NCBI GenBank assembly: GCA_039815185.1
Contig: JBCBZT010000039.1
Coordinates: forward strand, 8,876-72,875
From: Cyanobacteria bacterium P01_A01_bin.123
GTDB lineage: Bacteria > Cyanobacteriota > Cyanobacteriia > Phormidesmidales > Phormidesmidaceae
Direction of reading: 5' to 3'
Length of the DNA: 64,000 nucleotides
The notes below the pieces were generated by a model that was given only the letters and a program-made list of their open reading frames with translations, ran no database searches and had not been told where the DNA came from. Positions 41,101-51,194 of the stretch are shown piece by piece. The stretch's first letter is position 1; each line of letters begins with the position of its first letter. The translations under genes were made by a program, and so were the position numbers.

Positions 41101-43091
41101 AAACGGAGGGGTTGCTCGCTGCCCTGGAAGCAGCCCAAAACCTACGCAAACTAGACGCAACCGAGCAAGCTAGGATCGTAGCGATGGTGCTACAGCAGAT
41201 GCTGAATCAATTTACTCAAGACCACACCTTCATTACCGACCAGAATGAAATTTTGGCCCTTAGTGTTAGCCCAGACGACACCTTACTGATCACGGCGGAT
41301 GCCGAAGGATTTGTCAAACTTTGGACGATAGCCGGAGAATTAAAGCACACGCTGCCGCGCCAAGACGGTTCTATTTGGGGGGTCGAGTTTAGCGCCGATG
41401 GCAAAACTTTTGCAATCGCGGGCACCAATGGGCAGGTCTCCCACTGGGATTTAAACGGCAAGCAGATTACCCAGTGGTCAGCCCACAGCGATAGTGGCGT
41501 CGCGAGTTTGGCCTATCATCCCAATGGCGATCGCATCGCCACTGCTGGGGCAGACGGCAGTGTCAAGGTGTGGGATACTGATGGCAACTTAGCCAAGGCC
41601 TGGATCGCCTCCACTGAAGGTGAGGTGATTGCCAACCTGAGCTTTAGCCCTGACGGCAATTATCTGGCAACCGCAGGCTACGATGGCCAAGTGCAAGTTT
41701 GGAATATTGAAGGCCAACTCGTTCATCGTTTTGATCATGCTGAAGCAGTGTTGGACTTGAGTTTTCATCCCCGGGGTAATCAACTGGCCAGCGTTGATCA
41801 AGTCGGCAATATTTACCTGTGGGATTTGGAACAAGGGGAGTTGCTGCAAACAATGGGGGAAGGCAGTCAACCGCTGGCCGCAGTTCGCTTTACCGAGGAC
41901 GGCAACCAACTGGTGGTTGCGGGTGATTTGGGCATTGTGCAACTTTGGGATATACGTGGCTACAAACTGACAGATTTAGTCGGCCATCAAAGTTGGGTTT
42001 GGGCCCTTGATCGCCGACCTAATGGTCAATTTATCTCCGCTGATATCAGTGGCAAAGTCCAAATCTGGGATGTGACCGATCGGGCTCAGGCGCGCTGGTC
42101 TGCCTACGACGCGATCGCGTGGAGTGTTAACTTTAGCCCCGATGGCCAAACATTGCTGACTGCTGGGGAAACCGGGATAGCCACTCGCTGGGATTTAAAC
42201 GGCGATCGCTTGACTCAATACGAAGGGCACGGGGCCGTCACGATTGGTGATCTAGCCCCCCAACAAAACATTTACTGGGCTGAATTTAGTGCCGACGGCG
42301 ATCGAGTGGTTACCGCCGGTCAAGACGGCACTGCTCGGGTTTGGTCTTTAACAGGGCAAGAACTAGCGCTGCTCAATCACGAAGAAGCCGTCGTCAACAC
42401 GGCCACTATTAGCCCAAATGGTGACTCCATCGCAACTGGCGACGGCTTAGGCGACGTCCGGCTATGGAGCATCAATGGAGAGTTACAACAAACCTTAGAA
42501 GCCCATTCAGAGAGGGTTTTAAGCGTCCGCTTTAGCCCCGATGGTCAGTATTTAGCAACCGCCAGTAGCGATCGCACCGCGCAGATTTGGGATCTTCAAA
42601 CTCAAAAACCCATCGTTCAGCTCGAAGGCCATCAAGACACGGTATCTTGGGTTGCTTTTAGTCCCGATGGTCAGGCCGTGGTCACCGCCAGTCACGATGG
42701 CACCGCCCGCCTTTGGGATCTGCAAGGCAATCTGATCACCGAACTGATTGGTCATTCCCGCCGAATTACCTGGGTAGGGTTTAGTCCCAAAGGCAATTAC
42801 ATCGCCACTGCCAGTGCTGATAATCGAGTAATTCTATGGCGCTATCAGGGCAGCCAAACCCATCAAATGCGACAGTTCACCGGCTATGCGGGCGAGGTCT
42901 TTAGTGCCTCATTTAGCCCCGACGAACAAACCATTGCGGTTTCAGATAGTACGGGAACCATCACGCTATGGCCCATCGAAAACCTCGATATGCTAATTGA
43001 GCGCGGGTGCGATTGGGTCCGCCAGTTCAATGCCCCCAAGGGTAAAGAACGTTCCGAACTTAGCAGTGTCTTGGCTGAATGTAGTCAATAG
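38181..43091 (+). CDS. NLR-like protein B2: degenerate N-domain, TPR-like helices, nSTAND1-type NTPase, TM helix, 14 WD40 repeats
   Basis: GQSGVGKSS, LIFDQFEE, YQLVHDYL, TM GGIVLAISLGVMSILGTLA, 14 counted repeats of the FSPDG...ATAS.D...WD type; 8-nt overlap with A3. Confidence 0.9.
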   Translation: MSRLQSTREDDSHSVFDKKTLHTLIRTISFSVNQFSLIILRCNYQELGAKILERLKGVDDLSIQEIILPVSATTLYTTIQTEFRKIESQPSALIILGLEGIKSLDDLLVSANQVRDEFRKSFSCPVILLCDDEALQKLVRLAPDFYNWATLIQVNISTPILYKFMRTKADNIFALASEIDLKNFQNRKLIYSEEIARQKKEIEYAYSDFQDHYANSNPEIVAILDFTCGLELHANNLTSDALEKYSNSLDFWREKDSERLGVLLFYMGICYYHHALNQHEITRFSEQAKNCFKGCLTTFEQGKHLDLVSKYIGQVGKALERMEAWEDLEILASRALSLHSTLYNSAYLGGGSDSLSKVALYQAQWENSIRLAHDHGMLANVALSQQQWSVAQTHAEQALDILNQVNQAAAPGIPSQTNGSLNWDRAYYCQQYHFSLAQALSGMGQYHEAITQLEIAQHLGNLEYDPQLYIRISRRLQLLYYSQKRYLEAFQMRQIYRTVEQQYGLRAFTGAGRLRPRKTLHSPALDVPDQPDDIPPEIVASGRQPDVERLVHRMYRPDYKLTVIYGQSGVGKSSMIEAGLIPALQRQVIDSREVVPVLQQIYAHWLKQLEVQLVLASHPKGAKQASKTPYLDTPAAILAQLQTNADRNQLTVLIFDQFEEFFVTTASQPHHRQFYEFLGQCLALPYVKVILSLREDYIHHLLAFNRLVNLDIIDNNILDKSILYRIGNFTKPDARRLIQQLTYQAQFPLEPTLVERLVEDLAGGSEEVRPIELQMLGEQLQTENITTLAQYETFANRERSSKEVIVDRYLDSVIKDCGPENRRAAEMVLYWLTDEAETRPLRTKAELATNLGSEAHRLDLVLKILVHSGIALLLPAHPIERYQLVHDYLVALIRRQRGAKLLQEIAILRRQEADNRFALVRQKRLLRNGGIVLAISLGVMSILGTLASRIQTQNQLIQLRLDASNALELYEISQTEGLLAALEAAQNLRKLDATEQARIVAMVLQQMLNQFTQDHTFITDQNEILALSVSPDDTLLITADAEGFVKLWTIAGELKHTLPRQDGSIWGVEFSADGKTFAIAGTNGQVSHWDLNGKQITQWSAHSDSGVASLAYHPNGDRIATAGADGSVKVWDTDGNLAKAWIASTEGEVIANLSFSPDGNYLATAGYDGQVQVWNIEGQLVHRFDHAEAVLDLSFHPRGNQLASVDQVGNIYLWDLEQGELLQTMGEGSQPLAAVRFTEDGNQLVVAGDLGIVQLWDIRGYKLTDLVGHQSWVWALDRRPNGQFISADISGKVQIWDVTDRAQARWSAYDAIAWSVNFSPDGQTLLTAGETGIATRWDLNGDRLTQYEGHGAVTIGDLAPQQNIYWAEFSADGDRVVTAGQDGTARVWSLTGQELALLNHEEAVVNTATISPNGDSIATGDGLGDVRLWSINGELQQTLEAHSERVLSVRFSPDGQYLATASSDRTAQIWDLQTQKPIVQLEGHQDTVSWVAFSPDGQAVVTASHDGTARLWDLQGNLITELIGHSRRITWVGFSPKGNYIATASADNRVILWRYQGSQTHQMRQFTGYAGEVFSASFSPDEQTIAVSDSTGTITLWPIENLDMLIERGCDWVRQFNAPKGKERSELSSVLAECSQ
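39282..40945 (+). repeat. ~1.65-kb diverged direct repeat, copy 2 (TPR-NTPase core of B2)
   Basis: Colinear with ~33050-34710, offset ~6.23 kb. Confidence 0.9.
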
Positions 43092-43345
43092 CAGGGTGCG
43101 TAAAACCTTTTCTAACTAGATCAACAGCAACCCCTACCCCTGAGGGCAATTGAGGCTGAGTTCCTTAAGAGGACAAGGTTCTAAAGGGCGCTTGCTGTTG
43201 TGAGTTGCCTACCATGAGCCCTAACCAGATGACTCAATCTACCGAGTATCACCCTATTACTCAGCCTACAGACAATCTGGTTCGCAGCCGCAGACGAAGC
43301 ATTACCTCGGCTGCTGTATAATTTGCTTATCATTCTAGAGGTTTT

Positions 43346-43561
43346 TTGATGAAGACCTTGATGCCCCTTACTCTAACAGCCATCACCCTAGGATTTGTCT
43401 CTGCCGTTGCCAATCCGGCCCAACTCAAACTCGTATCAACCCGCATAGAAACCGAGCGGCAGTTCTCATGGGTTTACCAACCACCGATTGGAGGCGAGCG
43501 TAGCGGTCAGCAAGGTACCCGATTTGAGTCTCGTCCTGCAGATTGGGTCGAACAGATTTAG
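43346..43561 (+). CDS. Small putative secreted peptide
   Basis: GAGG upstream; signal-peptide-like MKTLMPLTLTAITLGFVSAVA; 71 aa. Confidence 0.5.
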   Translation: MMKTLMPLTLTAITLGFVSAVANPAQLKLVSTRIETERQFSWVYQPPIGGERSGQQGTRFESRPADWVEQI

Positions 43562-43650
43562 ACTCTCGATGGGTGTCTTTAGAAACTGGGTTTCTCACCG
43601 ATGCAACAACACAATCAAGCTTTTGGCAAAAATACCCCAGTGCTTGCACC

Positions 43651-44544
43651 TCAACGTTTTACACCCGTTGTAGCAATGCCCTGAATAAATTGCCGCTGCC
43701 CCACCAGAAACAGACCCACTACGGGAATTGTGGCAATGACCACTGCCGCCATCAACAGCGGCCAATCATTGGTGAACTGCTCTTGAAACGCCGCCAAGGC
43801 CAACTGCACCGTTTGCAACTCGGGGCGAGTCGTAAACACTAGGGGTTTGAACAAATCGTTCCACTCGCCAATAAACGTAAATAGAAACAACGTCACTAAG
43901 GCCGGGCGGGCCAGCGGTAAGAGGACTTGCCAAAGAATTTGTAGCCGATTGGCCCCGTCTAAGGCAGCCGCTTCTTCTAGTTCAACGGGCAGCGTTTGAA
44001 AATACTGACGCATCAAGAAAATGCCAAACCCATTGGCCGCTGTCGGCAAAATCAGTGCTCCATAGGTGTTAATCAAGTGGCCCCACTTCAGCACCAAGAA
44101 AATAGGAATCACCAGCAACTGAAAGGGAATCACTAGCGTGGCCAGGATGGCCAGCAACAATCCCTGTCGCCCTCGAAAGGATAGCCTTGCTAACACATAC
44201 CCAGCTAAGGCAGAAGTCGTAATCTGTAGGCCTGTTACCGCGATCGCTACCAGCGTCGAATTGGCAAACGCCAGTAAAAAATTACCTTGTGCCCAAGCCA
44301 TTCGATAGCTGTCCAACGACCAGGCTGAAATAGGCGCGATCGCCCCCGTCTGAGTAATTCCAGCAGGAGAGAAAGAAACCCACAACACCATTGCCAAGGG
44401 CCACAAAACGACCCCCGCCCCAATGACCAGCAGGCCGACTATTCCCCAGCGTTTTCCCTGAGCCAACCGGGAAAATGGTTCAGGTGTTGGCCCCAGTGAA
44501 TCCACAGTAGGCAAATTCTCACTGGTTACGATAGGGAATGGCAT
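43651..44544 (-). CDS. Carbohydrate ABC transporter permease
   Basis: EAA motif ELEEAAALDGA, FANSTLVA, WNDLFKPLV, multiple TM helices. Confidence 0.92.
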   Translation of the reverse strand: MPFPIVTSENLPTVDSLGPTPEPFSRLAQGKRWGIVGLLVIGAGVVLWPLAMVLWVSFSPAGITQTGAIAPISAWSLDSYRMAWAQGNFLLAFANSTLVAIAVTGLQITTSALAGYVLARLSFRGRQGLLLAILATLVIPFQLLVIPIFLVLKWGHLINTYGALILPTAANGFGIFLMRQYFQTLPVELEEAAALDGANRLQILWQVLLPLARPALVTLFLFTFIGEWNDLFKPLVFTTRPELQTVQLALAAFQEQFTNDWPLLMAAVVIATIPVVGLFLVGQRQFIQGIATTGVKR

Positions 44545-44778
44545 AGATGACTCAATGCGAGTTTGGCAAAACTAATGCTATAACGATAGCCAATCAAGAT
44601 AACCGATAGGAATGAGAAGCAATGGTCAATCTTGGCAGTTAAACCCTAGACTGTGTAAAGTGTGAATTTAGGTATCATACTTTTGAGGAATTCCAGATTG
44701 AACTAAAACTCCATATCCTCAGGGGTTTATCCGTAACTACTGTATGAAAACACTTGTAAAGCAGGGATAGTTAAAAAC

Positions 44779-45474
44779 ATGCCGCAGCTTGAAGCCAGCC
44801 CCGTGATTGACTTCCAGAGTGAAGCATACAAAGACGCTTACAGTCGAATCAACGCCATCGTGATCGAAGGTGAGCTGGAAGCCAACGCCAACTACAAGCA
44901 GCTGGCTGAGAGCCTGGCTGAGAGTAAGGACGAACTTCTAAAGCTTGCCAAGATGGAAAATCGGCATATGAAAGGGTTTCAGGCCTGTGGTCGCAACTTA
45001 GACGTAACCCCAGACATGACCTTTGCAAAAGCGTTTTTTGCCTCACTTCACAACAATTTTCAAACGGCTTGGCAGGAGGGACGCATCGTCACCTGTTTGC
45101 TGATTCAGTCCTTAATCATTGAAACCTTTGCCATTTCTGCTTACAACATTTATATCCCAGTGGCAGATGACTTTGCCCGCAAAATTACTGAGGGCGTGGT
45201 CAAAGACGAATATTTGCACCTCAACTTCGGCGAAGAATGGCTGAAGGCCAACTTTGAGTCAGCCAAGACAGAACTTGAAGCAGCCAACCGCCAAAACCTG
45301 CCCTTGGTTTGGAAAATGCTGAATCAAGTTGAGCAAGATGCTGAAATCTTAGGCATGGAAAAGGAAGCCCTGGTCGAAGATTTTATGATTACTTACGGCG
45401 AAGCCTTGGCCAACATTGGCTTTAGCAGCCGTGATGTGATGCGACTCTCTGCCCAAGGTTTGGCAACAGTCTAG
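44779..45474 (+). CDS. ado: Aldehyde deformylating oxygenase
   Basis: [33 protein letters not shown]. Confidence 0.97.
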   Translation: MPQLEASPVIDFQSEAYKDAYSRINAIVIEGELEANANYKQLAESLAESKDELLKLAKMENRHMKGFQACGRNLDVTPDMTFAKAFFASLHNNFQTAWQEGRIVTCLLIQSLIIETFAISAYNIYIPVADDFARKITEGVVKDEYLHLNFGEEWLKANFESAKTELEAANRQNLPLVWKMLNQVEQDAEILGMEKEALVEDFMITYGEALANIGFSSRDVMRLSAQGLATV

Positions 45475-45666
45475 ATCGGGTTGCCTCAGCATCGATTGCA
45501 CCATAGCCATGCAGTCTGTGCACTTAGCAATCCCAGTAATTGCGCCCCCATTGGCTTGATTGCCCGCCTTTGAGTGGTAATGGGCTTGCCAAGGCGGGGG
45601 CGTCACTGGATGATGGCTTTATTCATTAAGTTACCTGGATACAGCCAGGGTTCGTAGTCACACCTA

Positions 45667-46692
45667 ATGTTCGGTTTAATCGGTCACCTTACAAGTTTAG
45701 ACCACGCCCAAGCGGTGGCGCGGGATTTAGGATATCCGGAGTACGCGGATCAGGGCTTAGATTTTTGGTGCAGTGCCCCTCCCCAAATCGTAGATACGAT
45801 TCGGGTTAAGAGTGCGACCGGCCAAGAAATTGAAGGTCGTTATGTGGAATCGTGCTTTTTGCCTGAAATGCTAGCCGCTAGGCGTATCAAAGCCGCAACC
45901 CGCAAGATTATCAATGCCATGGCCCATGCCCAAAAAAACGGTGTAGATATCACGGCTTTGGGAGGGTTTTCATCGATCATTTTTGAAAATTTCAACCTGA
46001 ACCAGATCACTCGGGTTCGTAACGTCGCCTTAGACTTTCGACGATTCACCACAGGCAACACCCACACTGCATACATTATTTGCCGTCAGGTCGAACAAGC
46101 CGCAGCCAAGCTGGGTATTAACTTATCAGACGCCATCGTAGCTGTCTGTGGGGCAACGGGGGATATTGGCAGCGCCGTGTGCCAATGGCTGAATGCCCGG
46201 GCTGACCTCAAAGATTTGTTGTTGATTGCCCGCAACCAAGCCCGGTTACAAGTGCTCCAGGAAAAGTTAGGGCGCGGTAAGGCGATGAGCTTAGAAGCTG
46301 CCCTGCCCCAAGCCGATATTGTGGTTTGGGTCGCCAGTATGCCCAAAGGGGTCGCCATCGACCCGCAAACGCTTAAGCAGCCGTGCTTAATGATCGACGG
46401 CGGCTACCCCAAAAATTTAGCCAGCCAACTAGACTGGCCCGGTATCCATGTCCTCAACGGGGGGATCGTTGAGCATTCCCTGGATATCGACTGGCGAATT
46501 ATGAGCATTGTCAACATGGATGTACCTGCCCGTCAGCTATTTGCCTGCTTTGCTGAGTCTATGTTGCTAGAGTTTGAAAAGTGGTACACCAACTTCTCTT
46601 GGGGACGTAATCAAATTACCCTAGAAAAAATGGAACAAATTGGCCAAGCCTCTGTAAAGCACGGCTTCCGCCCTTTATTAATTAATAGCTAG
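45667..46692 (+). CDS. aar: Long-chain acyl-ACP reductase
   Basis: [44 protein letters not shown]; follows ado. Confidence 0.97.
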   Translation: MFGLIGHLTSLDHAQAVARDLGYPEYADQGLDFWCSAPPQIVDTIRVKSATGQEIEGRYVESCFLPEMLAARRIKAATRKIINAMAHAQKNGVDITALGGFSSIIFENFNLNQITRVRNVALDFRRFTTGNTHTAYIICRQVEQAAAKLGINLSDAIVAVCGATGDIGSAVCQWLNARADLKDLLLIARNQARLQVLQEKLGRGKAMSLEAALPQADIVVWVASMPKGVAIDPQTLKQPCLMIDGGYPKNLASQLDWPGIHVLNGGIVEHSLDIDWRIMSIVNMDVPARQLFACFAESMLLEFEKWYTNFSWGRNQITLEKMEQIGQASVKHGFRPLLINS

Positions 46693-46722
46693 TGTTGATT
46701 GATAGCTAATTTCCTTAAGCCC

Positions 46723-47706
46723 ATGCCTCCCGTTGAACGCCGCCCCATTTTGCTGGATTTTGAGAAGCCCCTGGCAGAACTGGAGGCACGCATCGCCCAA
46801 ATTCGAGAATTGGCTGAGAATAACGAAGTTGATGTATCAGCCCAAATTCATCAGCTTGAAGCTCGGGCTAATCAACTTCGCCAAGAAATTTTTACCAGCC
46901 TGACCCCAGCCCAAAGGCTTCAGGTCGCCCGCCATCCCCGTCGGCCCAGCACATTAGACTACATCCAGGCAATTTGTGAAGAGTGGATTGAACTCCACGG
47001 CGATCGCAGAACAGGGAGAGACGACCCGGCAATGGTGACCGGCATTGCTCGTTTGGATAATCGGCCCGTGGTGCTAATTGGGCACCAAAAAGGACGCGAT
47101 ACCAAAGATAATGTGATCCGTAACTTTGGCATGGCGTCTCCTGGGGGATATCGTAAGGCACTGCGGCTGATGAATCATGCCAACCGCTTCAATATGCCAA
47201 TTCTGACCTTCATCGATACCCCAGGCGCTTTTCCAGGATATGAAGCTGAAGAAATGGGTCAAGGGGAGGCCATTGCCTATAACTTACGGGAGATGTTTGC
47301 CCTAGACGTACCGATTATTTGTACGGTAATTGGGGAAGGTGGTTCAGGGGGAGCCTTAGGCATTGGCGTCGGCGATCGCCTGTTGATGTTTGAACATTCA
47401 GTCTACACCGTGGCCAGTCCCGAAGCCTGTGCAGCAATCCTTTGGAAGGATGCAGGGCGTTCAGCCCAAGCAGCCGAGGCACTTAAAATTACGGCTTGGG
47501 ATCTTAAGGGGCTAGGCATTCTTGACCAACTCTTACCCGAACCCATTGGCGGTGCACATGCTAATCCCTTAAAAACCGCCGCTAACTTGAAATCAGCTTT
47601 GCTGCAAAATCTCAATGCCCTGTTGGCCCTATCTCCAGATCAGCTGCGTCAACAGCGCTACGATAAGTTTCGACAAATTGGTGTGTTTACTGAAGCGGTT
47701 GCCTAG
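46723..47706 (+). CDS. accA: Acetyl-CoA carboxylase carboxyltransferase alpha subunit
   Basis: [43 protein letters not shown]. Confidence 0.97.
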   Translation: MPPVERRPILLDFEKPLAELEARIAQIRELAENNEVDVSAQIHQLEARANQLRQEIFTSLTPAQRLQVARHPRRPSTLDYIQAICEEWIELHGDRRTGRDDPAMVTGIARLDNRPVVLIGHQKGRDTKDNVIRNFGMASPGGYRKALRLMNHANRFNMPILTFIDTPGAFPGYEAEEMGQGEAIAYNLREMFALDVPIICTVIGEGGSGGALGIGVGDRLLMFEHSVYTVASPEACAAILWKDAGRSAQAAEALKITAWDLKGLGILDQLLPEPIGGAHANPLKTAANLKSALLQNLNALLALSPDQLRQQRYDKFRQIGVFTEAVA

Positions 47707-48009
47707 GGGCGCTTTAACGTTATGCTGACCAAGGGATCGCTGCAATTAGGGGGCTAATTGGCTAAGATCTCCCCAGATTCGTTAACATTTGTTAACATAA
47801 TGAGAGGCATACAGCAGATATCGCGGCTATGGAAGCCTCTGGTGCATGATTTTCTAAATCGTTTTTAAGGTTCCTTTAATAGCTCCCTCGGTTTGGAGTG
47901 ATTCCATTTTATTTAGGCAACGTGGTTCAGGTCAGTCAGGTTAGCAAACTGACTTTGCACTCAGCTTAGGTTTTACTTGCTGGCTCAATCAAGCAGATAT
48001 CAAACTTTC

Positions 48010-48735
48010 ATGACTACCTCCACAAATCGTCGTGTTCTGATCACCGGAGCAAGCAGCGGAATTGGCAAAGAAACAGCCCTGACCTTTGCTAAGGCTGGCT
48101 ATGATTTAATTTTGGTCGCCCGCTCCATGGAAAAATTGCAGGCGATCGCTGATGAAGCGCAAAGTTACGGAGTGCAGGCTACAGTCCACACCCTTGATTT
48201 GGCGCAAGTAGAACAGGTTAAATCCCAAGTGCAAGCTCTGATGGCCCACAATGGTTTTATCGATATCTTGGTTAACAGCGCTGGCATGGGATATACCCAA
48301 CCGCTTGCAGAAACCCCTCTGAACGACTGGCAACGGGTCATAGATCTGAATCTAACCAGTGTTTTTCAATGCATCCAGGCAGTGTTGCCCAGCATGCGCG
48401 ATCGCGGCCAAGGCGTCATCATCAATGTTGCTTCCGTTGCTGCCCATTCAGCTTTCCCCGATTGGGGGGCTTACAGCGTTAGTAAAGCTGGGTTAGTGAG
48501 TCTATCGCGCATTTTAAGCGCAGAAGAGCGGGGCAATGGCATTCGGGTCATCACCATTACCCCTGGCGCAGTAAATACACCCATCTGGGATACTGACACC
48601 GTTCAAGCCGACTTTGACCGCAGCAGTATGCTAACGCCGGATATTGTGGCCAATTCGATTGTCCACGCAGCCACCTTGCCCCAGCACGCCGTGATTGAAG
48701 AATTAACGTTAATGCCTAGCGGCGGAGCCCTTTAA
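48010..48735 (+). CDS. SDR-family oxidoreductase
   Basis: TGASSGIG, YSVSK (YxxxK), PGAVNT. Confidence 0.93.
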   Translation: MTTSTNRRVLITGASSGIGKETALTFAKAGYDLILVARSMEKLQAIADEAQSYGVQATVHTLDLAQVEQVKSQVQALMAHNGFIDILVNSAGMGYTQPLAETPLNDWQRVIDLNLTSVFQCIQAVLPSMRDRGQGVIINVASVAAHSAFPDWGAYSVSKAGLVSLSRILSAEERGNGIRVITITPGAVNTPIWDTDTVQADFDRSSMLTPDIVANSIVHAATLPQHAVIEELTLMPSGGAL

Positions 48736-48828
48736 CCCTTCCCTCGGTGATGACTACAGCAATCTGGCAGTTTTTGCTGCCTGGATTTTTCGACTGCAAT
48801 TTTTGAAGATTTCAACCCTAATTAAACT

Positions 48829-49575
48829 ATGACTATCGCATCCTCAAACGGTACCAACGGAACTCGCGCGGCCGGTCAACTCAACGATCATGACCGCCCT
48901 GTCGCCGTGGCTGAAAAAGCTACGCTAGTCCGCCCCGACCGCAGCAAGACTCACAGTTCGGCGGCTAAGCCTGACACTACCGAAAATACCGATAGTGAAG
49001 ACTCTGCCAAGGAAGCTATGATGGCGTCTGTCCGTACGATGCTCTTATCCGTTGGTGAAGACCCTGATCGGGAAGGATTGCTTAAAACTCCAAAACGGGT
49101 GGCTGAAGCCATGCGTTTTCTCACCAGCGGCTATGAGCAGTCGTTAGAAGAACTCGTAAACAATGCCATTTTTGATGAAGGTCACAATGAAATGGTGTTA
49201 GTGCGCGACATCAATGCATTCAGCCTTTGTGAGCACCACATGCTGCCCTTTATGGGGCGAGTCCATGTGGCTTATATTCCCAACCAAAGGGTTGTTGGCT
49301 TGAGCAAGCTAGCCCGCATTGTTGAGATGTACTCGCGGCGGTTGCAGGTGCAAGAGCGGTTGACCCGCCAAGTAGCAGAGGCCATTCAAGAAATTCTAGA
49401 CCCCCGTGGCGTAGCAGTCGTGATGGAAGCAAGCCACATGTGCATGGTCATGCGCGGGGTTCAAAAACCGGGCTCTTGGACGGTGACCAGCGCGATGCTG
49501 GGTGCGTTCCAGGATGATTCTAAGACTCGTGATGAGTTTCTCAGCCTAATTCGCCATCAACCGTCGTTTTTCTAA
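48829..49575 (+). CDS. folE: GTP cyclohydrolase I
   Basis: [45 protein letters not shown]. Confidence 0.97.
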   Translation: MTIASSNGTNGTRAAGQLNDHDRPVAVAEKATLVRPDRSKTHSSAAKPDTTENTDSEDSAKEAMMASVRTMLLSVGEDPDREGLLKTPKRVAEAMRFLTSGYEQSLEELVNNAIFDEGHNEMVLVRDINAFSLCEHHMLPFMGRVHVAYIPNQRVVGLSKLARIVEMYSRRLQVQERLTRQVAEAIQEILDPRGVAVVMEASHMCMVMRGVQKPGSWTVTSAMLGAFQDDSKTRDEFLSLIRHQPSFF

Positions 49576-49733
49576 GGCGTGTCATCAATTAAACGCGAAA
49601 AGCTTTATGGCTAGACTCGACTAAACGAACTAAGGGCTGTCACCGCTGTTCTAAAAACAGTGGACAATCTAATTGATGACAGCCCCTAGACGCAGCGGTG
49701 GCAAAAATGTCATTGTATGCTGTACATCGGGAC

Positions 49734-50402
49734 CTAAACCAACCCAGCGTGTTGGAGGGTTGCAAAGAGTTGCTGAACCTTTGACAAGTTTTTATCTCCA
49801 GGTGATCGTTCTAGGCCGCTAGAGAGATCAATGCCATCAGGATGGGTTTGATCGAGGGCACTCAGGATATTGTCTGGATTGAGACCCCCAGCTAAAAACC
49901 AGGGCTGCCCAGGTCGAAATGTTTGTAAGCTAGGCCAGTCTAGGGTTTTACCAGTCCCCCCGAGCTGGTCTGGATGATAGGCATCGAGCAAAAAGCCATC
50001 CACGATATCTTCATAGGCAGCAATTTGCTGGAGGCTTTCAGGGGTCTTGACGCGTAAGGCTTTAATTATCTCTACGTTAGGCAGGGCTGTGCGGAGCTGT
50101 TGGCAAAAATCGGGCGATTCGCTGCCGTGGAGTTGGATGGCACTTAAGCCTGCGATCGCGACCGTTGATTCAATTACGGGCAAAGGGGCATTGGCAAAAA
50201 CGCCGACAAACGTCACTGGGATAGCTCTAGCCTCATCGGCTACTACCGTATCCACAATGGTGCGAATTTGTACAGGACTGACGTAGCGTGGGGAAGCCTC
50301 CACGCAGATAAATCCTAGCGCGGTGGCGCCAAGTTGCGCGATCGCGCGGGCCTGCTCAGCCTGAGCAATGCCACAAATTTTCACCCGCAGTGTTTGTTTC
50401 AA
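49734..50402 (-). CDS. trpF: Phosphoribosylanthranilate isomerase
   Basis: VKICGI, QLHGSE, GGTGKT, LAGGLNPDN, DLSSGLE. Confidence 0.95.
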   Translation of the reverse strand: MKQTLRVKICGIAQAEQARAIAQLGATALGFICVEASPRYVSPVQIRTIVDTVVADEARAIPVTFVGVFANAPLPVIESTVAIAGLSAIQLHGSESPDFCQQLRTALPNVEIIKALRVKTPESLQQIAAYEDIVDGFLLDAYHPDQLGGTGKTLDWPSLQTFRPGQPWFLAGGLNPDNILSALDQTHPDGIDLSSGLERSPGDKNLSKVQQLFATLQHAGLV

Positions 50403-50520
50403 AATTTCAACCTACTGTTAACTCTGTTGAACAAAGACCAAGCAATGTTCCGTGGCTCCCTATAATCCTGATTGACAGCCCTCTTTAAACAACCACTGAC
50501 ATAGATTTGGGAGATACCTC

Positions 50521-50796
50521 TTGCTTTATTCAAGCTTTTTACTGGCTGCTTATACCACCCCTACAACCCCGGAGTGGTCTCTTAAGGTGGCTTTGATTAT
50601 GATTACCTGCAACCTCTTTGTGATTGCCATTGGCCGATATGCGATTCAAAAGCCAGGGGCTGGCCCAGCTTTGCCATTTAGCCTACCGGGTTTGTTTGAG
50701 GGATTTGGTGTCCCTGAGTTGCTGGCCACAACTAGCTTAGGTCATGTGCTGGGGGCTGGGATGATTCTTGGTTTGGGTAACGCAGGGTTACTGTAG
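50521..50796 (+). CDS. psaK: Photosystem I subunit PsaK
   Basis: WSLKVALIMITCNLF...ELLATTSLGHVLGAGMILGL; GGGAG RBS. Confidence 0.92.
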   Translation: MLYSSFLLAAYTTPTTPEWSLKVALIMITCNLFVIAIGRYAIQKPGAGPALPFSLPGLFEGFGVPELLATTSLGHVLGAGMILGLGNAGLL

Positions 50797-50865
50797 GCCG
50801 GGCTAATCTTTTAGGGAAAACCAGCGATTTACAAATCATCTGGTTTTCTCTCCAATAAGTTTTCA

Positions 50866-50907
50866 ACGAGTCAGCCCAAATTGTGTTTACAATTTGGGCT
50901 GACTCGT
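50866..50907. terminator. Perfect 19-bp inverted repeat downstream of psaK
   Basis: ACGAGTCAGCCCAAATTGT-gttt-ACAATTTGGGCTGACTCGT. Confidence 0.6.
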
Positions 50908-51194
50908 CGCTATGCTATGGATCTCGGCCCTCAACAAACTCTAGCTCTGATCGATACTGGTGTAACTGTGCTCAAAATTGGGTTCTTAGGGGTCGCAATT
51001 ACCCGGCTATGGCGAAACTCAAACCCATACCCTGTGCTACCCCGATGTAGAACAGGAGTCAATGTTGAAGGCAAGCTCAGTACAATAGAGAAAGATTTGA
51101 GTTTCTTGACGGCCCCTCGCCTGCAGAATGAACCCAGTTAAGGGTTAGGTCATTGGTTCGGGGTTGCTGCGTTGTATTCAGTGAGAGTCGATTT

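Noticed and set aside
41220..42980. Hypervariable near-identical WD40 array, as in fungal HNWD genes or a DGR target
   Set aside because: The 14 repeats are mutually divergent, and no reverse transcriptase or template repeat is in the window.
43480..43525. PatS/PatX-like RGSGR signal in the small peptide
   Set aside because: The sequence is ERSGQQGTR, which does not contain RG(S/T)GR.
44779..50402. ado-aar-accA-SDR-folE(-trpF) cluster as a new pathway
   Set aside because: Known conserved alkane-biosynthesis neighbourhood in cyanobacteria.
50881..51141. 86-aa ORF after psaK
   Set aside because: It starts within a hairpin at a TTG with no RBS or recognisable motif; unsupported.
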